Shown piece by piece: positions 9,391 through 19,351 of a stretch of DNA of 64,000 nt (the first letter of the stretch is position 1; every line of letters starts with the position of its first letter). The notes below the pieces were generated by a model, which was not told the origin of the DNA, did not search any database, and saw only the letters and a list, made by a program, of their open reading frames with translations. Source of the stretch: an uncultured virus (IMG/VR IMGVR_UViG_3300020407_000003) (taxonomy: Duplodnaviria > Heunggongvirae > Uroviricota > Caudoviricetes); IMG/VR virus record IMGVR_UViG_3300020407_000003, positions 1 through 64,000 of that record; one strand, given 5' to 3'. The position numbers and the translations under genes were made by a program.

Positions 9391-10959
9391 ATGCAGGCTG
9401 ATATCAGTGCGGCGGCTGAGCCAATTACTGCATCCATCGATCAACTTAAAGGTCCTCTTAGTTGGAACTACGAAGATCGACAAGGCGGCGTTTATCTGGC
9501 GCTAGAAGATCATGATAAGATCTTTAATAACCTGTCCAATCCCCCTATCATTGTCAATGACGTCAACACGCTGTCTCAGGAAGACAAACAGAAATTCAAT
9601 GACCTAATATCTACGCGTTACGAGGGTGATTCATTGTCTATCGTACCGTCGTGTGATTGTGGTGAATTATCAGGCGGTTATAACTTAGGTAAGGTTTGTG
9701 GTGTCTGTCAGACTGAAGTCCAGCAGTCTACAGAGAAACGCATCGAGTCTACGTTATGGATGAAAGCACCAGATGGTGTTCATGGGTTTATTAATCCTAA
9801 CGTCTGGTTGATGTTTGAGAAGTATTTCTCAAGTAAGCAGTTGTGTCTTGTCGAGTGGTTGTGTAATCCTAATCTACGTTATGATAATGAGAAGAATGAG
9901 TCATTAAACCGCTTGAAGCGTTATAACTTTAAACGTGGTTATAATAACTTCATTGAAAACTTTGACACAATAATGAATGCGCTGTATGACATATTTGCTA
10001 TACACAAGCGATTAGAGATACAAGACTTTAAAACCACGATGCGTAAGTATAGACATTGTCTATTTAGTCAATACGTACCGGTGCCTTCTAAAGTTGCATT
10101 CGTAACAGAGAAAAACGATTCAACCGTTACCTCTGATACACAGACGTCGTTAGCGATGGATGCTATACGTACTATGTCGTCTATCAAACAGGCACTACGT
10201 CCTCTTATGCCTAAGCAGTTAGAGAACCGTACCCTTAAGTGTGTTAAACAGCTTGCTGTCTATTATGAAGAAACCTACAAGACACGTCTTGCCTCTAAAG
10301 ATGGTTTCATTCGTAAACACATGATCTCAGGTAGGTTACATTATACGGCACGTGCTGTTATTGTATCGTTAAGTGAACCCCACGAGTATGATGAGCTACA
10401 TCTTCCATGGGGGTTATCGGTAGGACTACTACGTACGCACCTGACTAATAAGTTGTTAAAGTTAGGGTATACACCTCGCGCTGCCGCCTGTCTATTACAA
10501 GAGTCTATTAGCCGCTATCATCCACTTGTAGATACGCTGTTAAATGAACTTATAGACGAGTCTCCGTGTCTATCGGAAATTGCAGAACACGAACTTACCG
10601 TGCCTAAGAAGAAAGGTCTGTATGTTATCATCCAACGTAACCCATCTTTACATAGACTGTCAGCACAGTTCATGCGGGTTACTAAGATCATTAAAGACCC
10701 TAGTATCCAGACTATATCAATGTCGGTATTATCATTGACTGGTCCGAATGCTGACTTCGACGGCGACGCTTTGAATATTCTCTTAATCACCGATAAAGAG
10801 ATGATGCGTAAGATGTATAGACTGTCACCCCATTATGGCATTTTGTCGCTTCAAGAACCATCCAAGGTCTCTGGTTGCGTAGGTATGCCTAAACCGGTGG
10901 TAAGTACTATTGATAACTGGTTGAAGAAAGGCCCTAAGGTTAAAGAAGAGGCGGTCTAA
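9391..10959 (+). CDS. Non-virion RNA polymerase beta' subunit, N-terminal part (phiKZ gp55-like)
   Basis: Zn ribbon CDC...CGVC, RNPSL, catalytic NADFDGD. Confidence 0.93.
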   Translation: MQADISAAAEPITASIDQLKGPLSWNYEDRQGGVYLALEDHDKIFNNLSNPPIIVNDVNTLSQEDKQKFNDLISTRYEGDSLSIVPSCDCGELSGGYNLGKVCGVCQTEVQQSTEKRIESTLWMKAPDGVHGFINPNVWLMFEKYFSSKQLCLVEWLCNPNLRYDNEKNESLNRLKRYNFKRGYNNFIENFDTIMNALYDIFAIHKRLEIQDFKTTMRKYRHCLFSQYVPVPSKVAFVTEKNDSTVTSDTQTSLAMDAIRTMSSIKQALRPLMPKQLENRTLKCVKQLAVYYEETYKTRLASKDGFIRKHMISGRLHYTARAVIVSLSEPHEYDELHLPWGLSVGLLRTHLTNKLLKLGYTPRAAACLLQESISRYHPLVDTLLNELIDESPCLSEIAEHELTVPKKKGLYVIIQRNPSLHRLSAQFMRVTKIIKDPSIQTISMSVLSLTGPNADFDGDALNILLITDKEMMRKMYRLSPHYGILSLQEPSKVSGCVGMPKPVVSTIDNWLKKGPKVKEEAV

Positions 10960-10972
10960 ACGCCTCTTCTTC
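10942..10972 (+). terminator. Hairpin overlapping the stop codon
   Basis: AGAAGAGGCG/CGCCTCTTCT stem. Confidence 0.55.
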
Positions 10973-10984
10973 TATGAGGTTATT

Positions 10985-11842
10985 ATGGAAGTTAAAAATG
11001 AAGTAACGTCGTTAGAAGTAGAAGAGTTACCCGAAGGGTACGCGGACGATATGTTATTAGAAAAATACCATACCTACCCTATAATACGGGACGAGTTTAA
11101 TATTATTCGTTGGGTACCGCTTAAAAGTCTTTTACCACCACCATTGGATATGTTAGATATTCCGTTTTCAAAACTAATACGGGATTCTAATTTAAAAGAT
11201 AATGAAATATGTAGAAGATTAGCCGAGAGGTTAGATGGTCGGTCTTTGAGTAGTTATGGTGATGCTTTTAACATGGAATGTAACAGAGTATCCGATGACT
11301 CATTTACCCCGCCAACTAGGGTTGAATTTCTCAATGCGGTATTTGATTTTATTGACGCTATTGCTTCTACTAAAAGTATAAAAGATATCAAATCGCAGAA
11401 TGACATCTTCTTACCCATTGCCGATGCAATATTAAGAAACCACCTAGGGGATGTTAATATACTAGAAGATCATCCAGATGACCTGGGAAGGCTCGCAGAG
11501 GTGGTTTATGAAGGCTGTTGTGTTGACTTCTATGCGTTATTGGGGCGTTTTATGGACGTCCTACAACAAGGTAAGATAATGATACTTTATCATGTCGGTG
11601 AATACAGCTTCACAATCACACTCGCTGCTGAATTGATATCCGGTCTAATGCACAAGTACGTGCGGAATGGTCGGGTGGTTTCGGTTCCAACAACAGGTGA
11701 GATTGTTGGTATATGTGTGGATAACGAACAGGTAAAATATTATCTAAAGACCGCTATTTCCTATATAGATGAAAATATAGGTAGAGAAGGTGAGATAAGT
11801 TTCATTAACTCGCTTGATGTTAGAATGGCGCTATCAATTTAA
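10985..11842 (+). CDS. Hypothetical protein
   Basis: GAGG RBS, 285 aa. Confidence 0.75.
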   Translation: MEVKNEVTSLEVEELPEGYADDMLLEKYHTYPIIRDEFNIIRWVPLKSLLPPPLDMLDIPFSKLIRDSNLKDNEICRRLAERLDGRSLSSYGDAFNMECNRVSDDSFTPPTRVEFLNAVFDFIDAIASTKSIKDIKSQNDIFLPIADAILRNHLGDVNILEDHPDDLGRLAEVVYEGCCVDFYALLGRFMDVLQQGKIMILYHVGEYSFTITLAAELISGLMHKYVRNGRVVSVPTTGEIVGICVDNEQVKYYLKTAISYIDENIGREGEISFINSLDVRMALSI

Positions 11843-12004
11843 TTACAGGTTCGACTTGTATCTTAGGTAGCTCAGAAATTAAACGTTACGCGTTTAACAA
11901 ACAATAAAAGGATTGGCGTGTAGAATGGGTCTACATGCTTTATTAAAACCTAATGCGGTAATTGCTCTCATTGAGAGCTTCGCATTTAAAATGGAGTCAT
12001 TATA

Positions 12005-12439
12005 ATGACACGTAAGAAAAGTATCTACACTGTAGATCAAAAGAGACAACTCACCACTACACGTATGCTAATACGTCTAGCCATGCAACGTAAAACTATT
12101 TACTATAGTGAGTTAGCCGAACGCTTAGGGTACAATGTGCCAAACATGGCGTTAGGTAAGGTATTGAGCCCGACGCTTGAGCGGGTTAACCAGTGGTGCT
12201 GGGAGCGACAGCAACCATGGCTTACCGCGTTAGTCGTTAGAAGCTCAGGGAACCATACAGGGCTTCCTGGTGAAGGTTTCTTTAATGAGATGCAAGAGCT
12301 AGGTGCGTATACCCCTGAAGTTGATACCCATAAGGCACGTCGTACTTGGGCTGAACCGTATATTAAGAGTATATGGGATTTCTGGGGTCCTGATGATGCT
12401 GATATCTTGTGTAAAGCACGTGTACTGTCACCTAAATAA
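12005..12439 (+). CDS. Putative winged-helix DNA-binding protein
   Basis: TIYYSELAERLG...LTALVV...GLPGEGFF pattern; GGAG RBS. Confidence 0.55.
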   Translation: MTRKKSIYTVDQKRQLTTTRMLIRLAMQRKTIYYSELAERLGYNVPNMALGKVLSPTLERVNQWCWERQQPWLTALVVRSSGNHTGLPGEGFFNEMQELGAYTPEVDTHKARRTWAEPYIKSIWDFWGPDDADILCKARVLSPK

Positions 12440-12449
12440 GGAGTTGATT

Positions 12450-12956
12450 ATGGATTTTGATAAAGGTATTGAAGCAGTTGAATTTATTGCGTCACAAAGA
12501 GAAACAGAGGGTAATGGTCTATACCTTGCTCATCTGTTAGCAAGGCGTGGATACATCTTTCCTCTAGATTCCTCGTTACTGTATCTGGCTACTAACAGTG
12601 ATTGGACAGTAGCGCATGAAATGGCGCGTGCTGGTTTTAACTTCCCCGAAGACCATCCAGCAATGGGTCGTACTAACGATTTAGGGGAAAGCGTGGCAAT
12701 GACGATGGCGGAGAGAGGCTATGTCTTTCCATTGGACAGTGCGTTTCTTACTTCTGCAAATAAAACAGGCTGGACCATTGCACACACTCAGGCTACTAAT
12801 GGTTGGGTTGTTGATGATATTGACATCCTATCCTTAAAGGATGATGTAGGAGTTACCGTCGCTCACCAGATGGCGCGATGCGGGCATAACTTTCCAGATG
12901 GTCCAATCTTGGACTTTGTCGATAATGCTGGGGTGACCGTAGCAGACTTAATGTAA
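12450..12956 (+). CDS. Ankyrin-like repeat protein
   Basis: AAGGAG RBS before ATG 12450; 5-6 repeats of G[WV]TVAHxxAxxG with 27-28 aa period. Confidence 0.7.
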   Translation: MDFDKGIEAVEFIASQRETEGNGLYLAHLLARRGYIFPLDSSLLYLATNSDWTVAHEMARAGFNFPEDHPAMGRTNDLGESVAMTMAERGYVFPLDSAFLTSANKTGWTIAHTQATNGWVVDDIDILSLKDDVGVTVAHQMARCGHNFPDGPILDFVDNAGVTVADLM

Positions 12957-12968
12957 GACAATGTAACA

Positions 12969-13012
12969 ATGGCTGTCCCTAGGGACAGCCATCTATGCCG
13001 GATTCTTTTTTT
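12969..13012 (+). terminator. Palindromic terminator with TATGCCG
   Basis: ATGGCTGTCCCTAGGGACAGCCAT perfect palindrome, then CTATGCCG. Confidence 0.8.
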
Positions 13013-13033
13013 ATCAATATAACCTGATTACAG

Positions 13034-13044
13034 ACCTATATTAC
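13034..13044 (+). promoter_or_regulatory. Early promoter motif ACCTATATTAC
   Basis: Exact motif directly after a terminator and upstream of an accessory cassette. Confidence 0.75.
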
Positions 13045-13080
13045 CAACGTGTTAATAAACTATATATAGTGAGAACACCC

Positions 13081-13476
13081 ATGTCTGTTATTGATAATTT
13101 ACTTACGTCGTTTAAACGCCGCACCTTTAAACGTAGTGCTCGCACCCACTTACCCGCTATGAGTTACATTGTAAATAGCGTCAACTATGACGTTAGTAAC
13201 GTGGTAGGTCATTTTACTGTTGATACCGTGGTGTATTTAGGAGACAGCAGTATAAAAGAGACAGTTGATGTCTTTAGCCCAGAGACCCTTACATTAGAAA
13301 ACGACCCCCTAGATACCTATGGGTGGTTAGTAAGTTATCTCCAAGCATACGTTAGACGCGACCCTGCTATCCTGATTGTTATAGACAGACTTATGGATCA
13401 AGAAAACCATTCTCGATTTGTTAATCTGTGTAACGCCTATTCGGTTAAATTACTTATCCGAAAACCCATCATTTAA
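13081..13476 (+). CDS. Hypothetical protein
   Basis: ORF downstream of early promoter; ATG 13081 preferred. Confidence 0.7.
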   Translation: MSVIDNLLTSFKRRTFKRSARTHLPAMSYIVNSVNYDVSNVVGHFTVDTVVYLGDSSIKETVDVFSPETLTLENDPLDTYGWLVSYLQAYVRRDPAILIVIDRLMDQENHSRFVNLCNAYSVKLLIRKPII

Positions 13477-13499
13477 AGTATAAATAGAGGAACCCTTTT

Positions 13500-13907
13500 A
13501 TGATAGATTTATCTCAACCGTGTGTATTGAACATCAGCTTTGCAAGTCTGCTAAAGCGTCTTGAGTTTAACACACCTATGGGTTGGATAACCCAACCTAC
13601 CTTTAACATCAACCTACCTTATCCTGTAGACTTTAAAACTATCGGTGTGTATATCGAGCAAACTATACAAAAGGTAGAAGCAGTACCGCTGGCTAACGAT
13701 GCGGCATATCAAGAAATAGCAAATCTGGCTAATGAGCGTCTTGAGAAAATGGCGCTTGAGTTTGACCGTGAGGAGCTAGTAAAGAATCTTGAAGCGCAGA
13801 TGGAGTTAGAGTTAAAATCTCTTCGGTTAATATATGAAGTAGATGTTAACCGAACGGGTATGATTATATCAATCGAAATAGCGCCCCGTGACGATCTAGA
13901 TGAATAA
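13500..13907 (+). CDS. Hypothetical protein
   Basis: GAGG RBS, 135 aa. Confidence 0.75.
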   Translation: MIDLSQPCVLNISFASLLKRLEFNTPMGWITQPTFNINLPYPVDFKTIGVYIEQTIQKVEAVPLANDAAYQEIANLANERLEKMALEFDREELVKNLEAQMELELKSLRLIYEVDVNRTGMIISIEIAPRDDLDE

Positions 13908-13917
13908 CCTTAATTTA

Positions 13918-13960
13918 AGCTAGGTGGATTATCCACCTAGCTCTTTACTATTTATTTTTT
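13918..13960 (+). terminator. Intrinsic terminator
   Basis: AGCTAGGTGGAT/ATCCACCTAGCT stem and T-rich tail. Confidence 0.75.
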
Positions 13961-13978
13961 TAATGGAAGGAGTACTCC

Positions 13979-14392
13979 ATGGACAAGTTTAATATACATG
14001 GTATCTTTGAGGCCCTTTGCTTTAACCCGTCGTATGAAGAGGCAGCTGGTATCACGTATCATGTAGGCTTAATCATGGCGGCTAAAGAAACAACCTTTAG
14101 AGGTGCGGAGACATTACGTAGCGTAGTGCATGACGGACCGTTAGATAGCGAATCAGTACCTAGCAAGGTAGAGCAGGGTTGGTTGCTTGAAAAGGATATG
14201 GTAGAGCAAATTTCAGTTGACGGCAAGCAAGGTTTTCAAAGTGCAACACCTAAGGGTCAGGCTGTTTGTAAAGTCTTAGATGTTGCTAAACACTTAAGTG
14301 AAATACGACCTATCGATGTTGTACGTGCAGTTAATACCTATTTAAAAGAACCATCGTATGTATATACCCCTAATTTAAGTAAGGAATGTTAA
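13979..14392 (+). CDS. Hypothetical protein
   Basis: AAGGAG RBS, 137 aa. Confidence 0.75.
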   Translation: MDKFNIHGIFEALCFNPSYEEAAGITYHVGLIMAAKETTFRGAETLRSVVHDGPLDSESVPSKVEQGWLLEKDMVEQISVDGKQGFQSATPKGQAVCKVLDVAKHLSEIRPIDVVRAVNTYLKEPSYVYTPNLSKEC

Positions 14393-15210
14393 CGATGGTT
14401 ATCCCAGGTAAACTCTCTTTAAAGACACTAGCAGTTATTGCCTCGGTGGAAGCTAAAGCTGAAAGTAAGTCTTTCTTTAATCGAATCCCTCAGTTCTTAG
14501 AACAGTTACGTGAAAAGGTTGCAAGCGACATCACTATGACTAAAGGGGAAAGTCCTAGTGAACAGCTAAACCCGAAAGCATTTACTAAGATGCTTAAGGA
14601 TGTCAACTATGCGACAATCTCAGAGCTTGCTGTTTTTAGACCAACAGGCATGCGTGGTGGTTACCAAGACTACGTAGAGATGCTAGCTGAGTTTCAAGAG
14701 CAAATTGGTGGAATTGAAGAGCGCTTACTTACACCATTAAAACGTACCGTTGCGCAAATGCTAGTAGAGCCTAAACGTCTATCTCAGGCGTTCCCGGTTA
14801 ATTATAAAGTGGTTGACATAGAAAAGCTTCAGAAGTTATTTAACAAAGAAGTAGATCTTCAAGACTCAGGTGACAAGATTGCCTATAGTGATGCAGTTAA
14901 CCGTAATAAAGACTGGGAAGGTATTGTATCTACAGTAAACCTGTTAGATGACCAATATCAAAGAGAACCTAATAGTGATATCTTAAAATCAGTAGGTGAG
15001 TTAACAGAACACATCAATCTGTTGATCCAGCGTATCAGCGACCAGCCTGACGTTTATGTAGTTAAAGGTACGACTTTATCTGCACTGGTAGATGCTACCT
15101 ATCAAGCAGCTAAGGAAGTTGAACTCTACGCTGCACATGGTTTTAACCTAGCCACTGCTAAGAAAGCATTAGTTGACAGCTATCGTCAAGTTAAAGAAGC
15201 TATCGAGTAA
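14386..15210 (+). CDS. Hypothetical helical protein, possibly virion-associated
   Basis: 274 aa; N-terminal ASVE resembles an S/A/G-x-E prohead-protease site (inference). Confidence 0.65.
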   Translation: MLTMVIPGKLSLKTLAVIASVEAKAESKSFFNRIPQFLEQLREKVASDITMTKGESPSEQLNPKAFTKMLKDVNYATISELAVFRPTGMRGGYQDYVEMLAEFQEQIGGIEERLLTPLKRTVAQMLVEPKRLSQAFPVNYKVVDIEKLQKLFNKEVDLQDSGDKIAYSDAVNRNKDWEGIVSTVNLLDDQYQREPNSDILKSVGELTEHINLLIQRISDQPDVYVVKGTTLSALVDATYQAAKEVELYAAHGFNLATAKKALVDSYRQVKEAIE

Positions 15211-15217
15211 AGTACTG

Positions 15218-15252
15218 CACCTAGAGTCATCCGACTCTAGGTGTTATGCCGT
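15218..15252 (+). terminator. Hairpin with TATGCCGT and no U-tract
   Basis: CACCTAGAGTC/GACTCTAGGTG stem, then TTATGCCGT. Confidence 0.75.
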
Positions 15253-15454
15253 CGTGTAAATTTATACACCGGAATGAGTATAATATGACCTACCCTATGA
15301 CATCACTAAACGCATTGCCTGCTTAGACAAGCATCTATGCCCATATGCCATAGCGTGGAAAAAAGCTATTCAACGTAATTTCAACTATACATTATCTAAT
15401 GGACTAAACTAACATGCCATCGTCTTAAACGAGAACATTACCAAAGAGGTTAAC

Positions 15455-15913
15455 ATGAAAAATACATTTAAACCGATCCTTCAAGATCACAAACAAGTTA
15501 GTACTTTACTTTCGTCATTACCTAAAGGTGACGACAGTGATGCAATACATATCCAGGCCCTCAACCCTGAAACAATGAACAGAGGTCCGCAAGATGTTGT
15601 TATTATTTGCGATGCAGTAGGTTACACAGATGCGTTGATAAACGCGTTTAAAGGTTTACATGGATTATTTACTCGCCATGTTCCTCTCACTGCACGTGAA
15701 GTAATGAGTGAAATCAACAACACCGTTAATCCGGGCAAGTTGAACTTCACATTCCTACCTATTGATGCTAAAACCATCACTCAGCAGGAATTCATCGAAG
15801 CATTGCATGCTAAGGCCATTGATAGTCAGACTAAAGATCTGCAGTTAGTAACTATCGATTACTTAAAACAATTAGACGAAAAAGATATGGCATTCATTTT
15901 CAAGAGTGCCTAA
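15455..15913 (+). CDS. Hypothetical protein
   Basis: GAGG RBS, 152 aa; promoter-like ACTATACATTAT at about 15385. Confidence 0.75.
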   Translation: MKNTFKPILQDHKQVSTLLSSLPKGDDSDAIHIQALNPETMNRGPQDVVIICDAVGYTDALINAFKGLHGLFTRHVPLTAREVMSEINNTVNPGKLNFTFLPIDAKTITQQEFIEALHAKAIDSQTKDLQLVTIDYLKQLDEKDMAFIFKSA

Positions 15914-16026
15914 TAGATGGGGTGGGGTGACCTGCCCTATCTATGCCGTAAAGGACACGCTATCAAAACTTACATGCTAGCGTTACTTTATGAAACCCTT
16001 TAACCTAAATTTCAAGGAGCTAATCT

Positions 16027-16638
16027 ATGCCTGTGATTATAGAAGGCGGCGACGAAACATTCAGAGCCGTGGCCTATACTCCACCAAGCCCGTCCCTAAC
16101 CGGGTTCTTATCTCAGCAACTAGATCAGTTCTCAGCTCAGATTCACCAAGGTGCACAACACTACGTTGATCTAGCACGCCAGACTTTTGACTCATTTAAC
16201 AGTTCAGAAGCGATGCGGTTAGCTAAAGCAGTACGGCGTAAGGTAGACAGCCTGTGGACGCGGGAAGGTATTTTTGCAATGACTGATATCGGTCAAATAC
16301 AAAATGCCAACTTGACCATGCAGCGGTGGATTATGGCAGAGCCAACTATTCGTAACATGTATCATCAGCAGCGTTGTGAGGGCTTTGCTGACAGCTATGT
16401 GGATATGCATCCAGGGGATGTGGGTGAGAGCCATTACGATTACCGCAGGGTAATGGACGGCTTAGTCGTAGAGCAAGAAGACGAGCTAGTAAGTGTCCAA
16501 TACTTTGATGAGGTTCATGACGGAGACGAGCTTGATATTGACGAGCAGGTAGCCATCTTACGTACTTGGGATAGTGTCAAAAATGCTATTCACGAGAACA
16601 AAGAAGATCCTACCAGTCCCTTCAATGCGAGCCTGTAA
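16027..16638 (+). CDS. Conserved jumbo-phage protein (phiKZ gp59/Imp3-like by synteny)
   Basis: AAGGAG RBS; MQRWIMAEP...YDYRRVMDG...DPTS motifs recalled from phiKZ-like core genes. Confidence 0.55.
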   Translation: MPVIIEGGDETFRAVAYTPPSPSLTGFLSQQLDQFSAQIHQGAQHYVDLARQTFDSFNSSEAMRLAKAVRRKVDSLWTREGIFAMTDIGQIQNANLTMQRWIMAEPTIRNMYHQQRCEGFADSYVDMHPGDVGESHYDYRRVMDGLVVEQEDELVSVQYFDEVHDGDELDIDEQVAILRTWDSVKNAIHENKEDPTSPFNASL

Positions 16639-16648
16639 TGATAAATCT

Positions 16649-16676
16649 AAAGATGGACTTCGGTCCATCTTTTTTT
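16649..16676 (+). terminator. Intrinsic terminator
   Basis: AAAGATGGAC-TTCG-GTCCATCTTT followed by a T-run. Confidence 0.85.
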
Positions 16677-16692
16677 GTTAAGGATACTAGCA

Positions 16693-17094
16693 ATGTCACA
16701 GAAAGTCCTACCCACCCTTACGGTTGATGGCTTTGTAAAAACAGTCCCTCAAACGTGCGACTACCTTTTGGCTTATTTCTTCTTAAGCCAATACTCTCAA
16801 AGCAATATGTATTATGGTAAAATATCGTCACTGGCCTACATTATACAAGAACACGGTCATGACGAGCAAACCATGCTATTGCGTATTCAAAGTACATTGA
16901 CAACACTGTTTAATCGTTACTTTGATTCAGTAGAAGCCTCTGCAAGTATAGACAGAGATAAGGATAACGCTGCGCAGTATGAGATTATAACGAATCTAAA
17001 CGTACGGCGCGGTAATGTTAGTTATAGCGTAGGGCGACAGGTTAGTCTAATTAACTCTGTAGTACAGAAAATCGTGGAATTAAATAATGGATAA
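16693..17094 (+). CDS. Conserved jumbo-phage protein, possibly T4 gp25-like fold
   Basis: AAGGA RBS before ATG 16693; core-block position; fold is a guess from the helix-strand pattern. Confidence 0.55.
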   Translation: MSQKVLPTLTVDGFVKTVPQTCDYLLAYFFLSQYSQSNMYYGKISSLAYIIQEHGHDEQTMLLRIQSTLTTLFNRYFDSVEASASIDRDKDNAAQYEIITNLNVRRGNVSYSVGRQVSLINSVVQKIVELNNG

Positions 17095-17656
17095 TTCAAA
17101 ATCAAAACAGCAAGAGATTAATGACAATATTTTGCTAAACAGTCACGTGCGTGACGCCATGAAGGTGTTGAACGAAGCAGCGGAAGAACACCCTACCATT
17201 GAGTTGGATTTGTTTGTTCGTACTTTCTTACCTGCCATAGGTCAAGAACATGACGAGGCGTTAAATATGGGACCGTGGCTAACAGTAGCAAAGAGCCCGT
17301 ACAATCCAGTTGATGTTGTTAGCAATGGACAAGTGGTCTTTACTGTACCACCGTTATTAAATCGACGACACACCCGCATCAACGAGCGTAGTCAAGATTC
17401 ATTAACTACCCTTGCTGTTGTAGCCCAACAGAAATCAGATGCGCATCCACTTATGGGTCAGACTTATCTACGAAACGGTCTGATGAACTACGTAGGTAAA
17501 ACACGTGTTAATCCTAACGCATTGGCAGAGTGGAATCGTGTATTGACTAAATATGGATACGAGCCAATAGAGACAGAAGCCGTACCCGAATCTGTTAAGC
17601 CTGCCTCTGTATCAACTGCATCTCTGTACGACCCTGATGATGTGGATGAATTATAA
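17087..17656 (+). CDS. Conserved hypothetical protein
   Basis: FVRTFLP...W...VDV...VFTVPPL...W..VL.KYG; 189 aa, upstream of sbcD-like gene. Confidence 0.7.
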   Translation: MDNSKSKQQEINDNILLNSHVRDAMKVLNEAAEEHPTIELDLFVRTFLPAIGQEHDEALNMGPWLTVAKSPYNPVDVVSNGQVVFTVPPLLNRRHTRINERSQDSLTTLAVVAQQKSDAHPLMGQTYLRNGLMNYVGKTRVNPNALAEWNRVLTKYGYEPIETEAVPESVKPASVSTASLYDPDDVDEL

Positions 17657-17669
17657 GGATGTATAGCCT

Positions 17670-18815
17670 ATGCGTAGCAAAGGTAAACACTTAGAGATAG
17701 CCTGTCTATCCGATATACACCTAGGTCATGGTCTAGTCCCTACCAGCGATATTATCAATCGACTGTATAAAGCACTACCTAGCAATGCTGAGTCTGATAA
17801 ACTAGACATTATATTCCTTGCAGGTGATGTTTTTGATAAGCTGTTATTCCTACCTGACGCACCAGTATTAGATATTCAGATTTGGATAGCTGATTTGTTT
17901 GAGTTGTGTCACCGCCACAATATCGCACTTCGGGTATTAGAAGGCACGCCTAGTCACGACCGTGGGCAGGGTAAGCAGTTTGAAATGATTTACTTGACGG
18001 TAGGGTATGATAGGGATGATAAGTTTGTTGACTTTAAATACGTTCCTACATTGTCGATTGAATACATTGAGTTATTAGATATCAACGTACTCTACGTGCC
18101 AGATGAGTGGGACCATGACCCTGATATAACCTGGGAGTCGGTAAAGAACTTGCTGAAAGATCAAGGGTTAGAGCAGGTAGACTTTGCAGTCATGCATGGT
18201 AACTTTGAGTATCATCTACCTGACCATTTGAAAATACCCTGCCATCAGTCGGAGCGTTATCTAGAAGTTGTTAAACATTATATCTTCATAGGTCACTTTC
18301 ATACACACAGCGTGTATGATCGCATCATTACACAAGGGTCGTTTGATCGACTAGGTCATGGTGAAGAAGAACCTAAAGGTCACGTGAGGGTCAGGGTTAG
18401 CGAAGACGGCAATCACGATCGTGTTGAGTTTAGAATCAATCATGATGCCACCATGTTTGTTACTATAGATACAACCGGCATGGATGCAGCTGCGGTAATT
18501 AACAAAATCAAAGCACAAGACAACCTACCTAAGGGTAGTCACGTGCGTATTCAATGTACTAACGATGGCGATGTTAAAAATGCCATTAGTACACTCAGGG
18601 AACATTTTCCACACTACACAATAAAACTAAAAGTTGTCAGTGAGGAGAAAGTCGTTAACAGTGACGTTACAGGGTTAACCGCTAAATATGAAGCGGTGGA
18701 AATATCATCTTCTAACGTCACTAAACTATTAGAAGAAAAATGCATAACCATGGGGTTAGATACTAACCGTATTGAACAGGTTAAAGCATTGTTAGATAGA
18801 GTACAAGCCCAATGA
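17670..18815 (+). CDS. sbcD: SbcD/Mre11-like metallophosphoesterase nuclease
   Basis: SDIHLG, AGDVFD, GTPSHD, MHG and GHFH motifs. Confidence 0.88.
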   Translation: MRSKGKHLEIACLSDIHLGHGLVPTSDIINRLYKALPSNAESDKLDIIFLAGDVFDKLLFLPDAPVLDIQIWIADLFELCHRHNIALRVLEGTPSHDRGQGKQFEMIYLTVGYDRDDKFVDFKYVPTLSIEYIELLDINVLYVPDEWDHDPDITWESVKNLLKDQGLEQVDFAVMHGNFEYHLPDHLKIPCHQSERYLEVVKHYIFIGHFHTHSVYDRIITQGSFDRLGHGEEEPKGHVRVRVSEDGNHDRVEFRINHDATMFVTIDTTGMDAAAVINKIKAQDNLPKGSHVRIQCTNDGDVKNAISTLREHFPHYTIKLKVVSEEKVVNSDVTGLTAKYEAVEISSSNVTKLLEEKCITMGLDTNRIEQVKALLDRVQAQ

Positions 18816-19351
18816 AACCAGAAACAAGATTAAAAATAGCCCTTCACCACACTATCATTACGTGTTCTAATTTTAAAGACAAAGATATTGATAAAATCCT
18901 TATCATGTTATCGAATTGGGACCTTGAAGTAGGTAAGCCGGTAGGTGGCGTTTACAGCAAAGTAGATGCCCTATTCCAAAAGACATTCCCAACCCCTGAC
19001 TCACTTGTTGAGTTTGTGGTGTCGGTAGAATACGGGTACATTAACCAGCACAATCTAAATCACTACAGAAACATCATTGAGTTCTTAATGAGGACGTATG
19101 GTGAGTCTTTAGAGAGCATGACTGAAATCAAAACGTTTCTTAAAGTCATTGAGCGTAAAGCAGAAGGACCAAGAGAAAACTACTGCTGGGATAGTGAGAC
19201 AATCCTACTGGATAAGCCTGCTTATAAAAGCGAGATAGGGTGGTTGTTGTTAGGACCTGGATTTAAATTGCGTCAGGGCCAACTATCTAAAGAAGCAATG
19301 CATGCGCGTATAGATGCGTTGCTAGGAGAAAACAATGGATCTAACACGTGA
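18812..19351 (+). CDS. Hypothetical protein
   Basis: ATGA overlap with the upstream gene, 179 aa. Confidence 0.7.
   Translation: MKPETRLKIALHHTIITCSNFKDKDIDKILIMLSNWDLEVGKPVGGVYSKVDALFQKTFPTPDSLVEFVVSVEYGYINQHNLNHYRNIIEFLMRTYGESLESMTEIKTFLKVIERKAEGPRENYCWDSETILLDKPAYKSEIGWLLLGPGFKLRQGQLSKEAMHARIDALLGENNGSNT

Noticed and set aside
12303..12449. N-terminal extension of the ankyrin-like ORF
   Set aside because: Overlaps the upstream gene; a strong AAGGAG precedes ATG 12450.
15285..15454. Small ORF or gene remnant in an intergenic gap
   Set aside because: Only very short frames without a convincing RBS; explained by promoter-like motifs.
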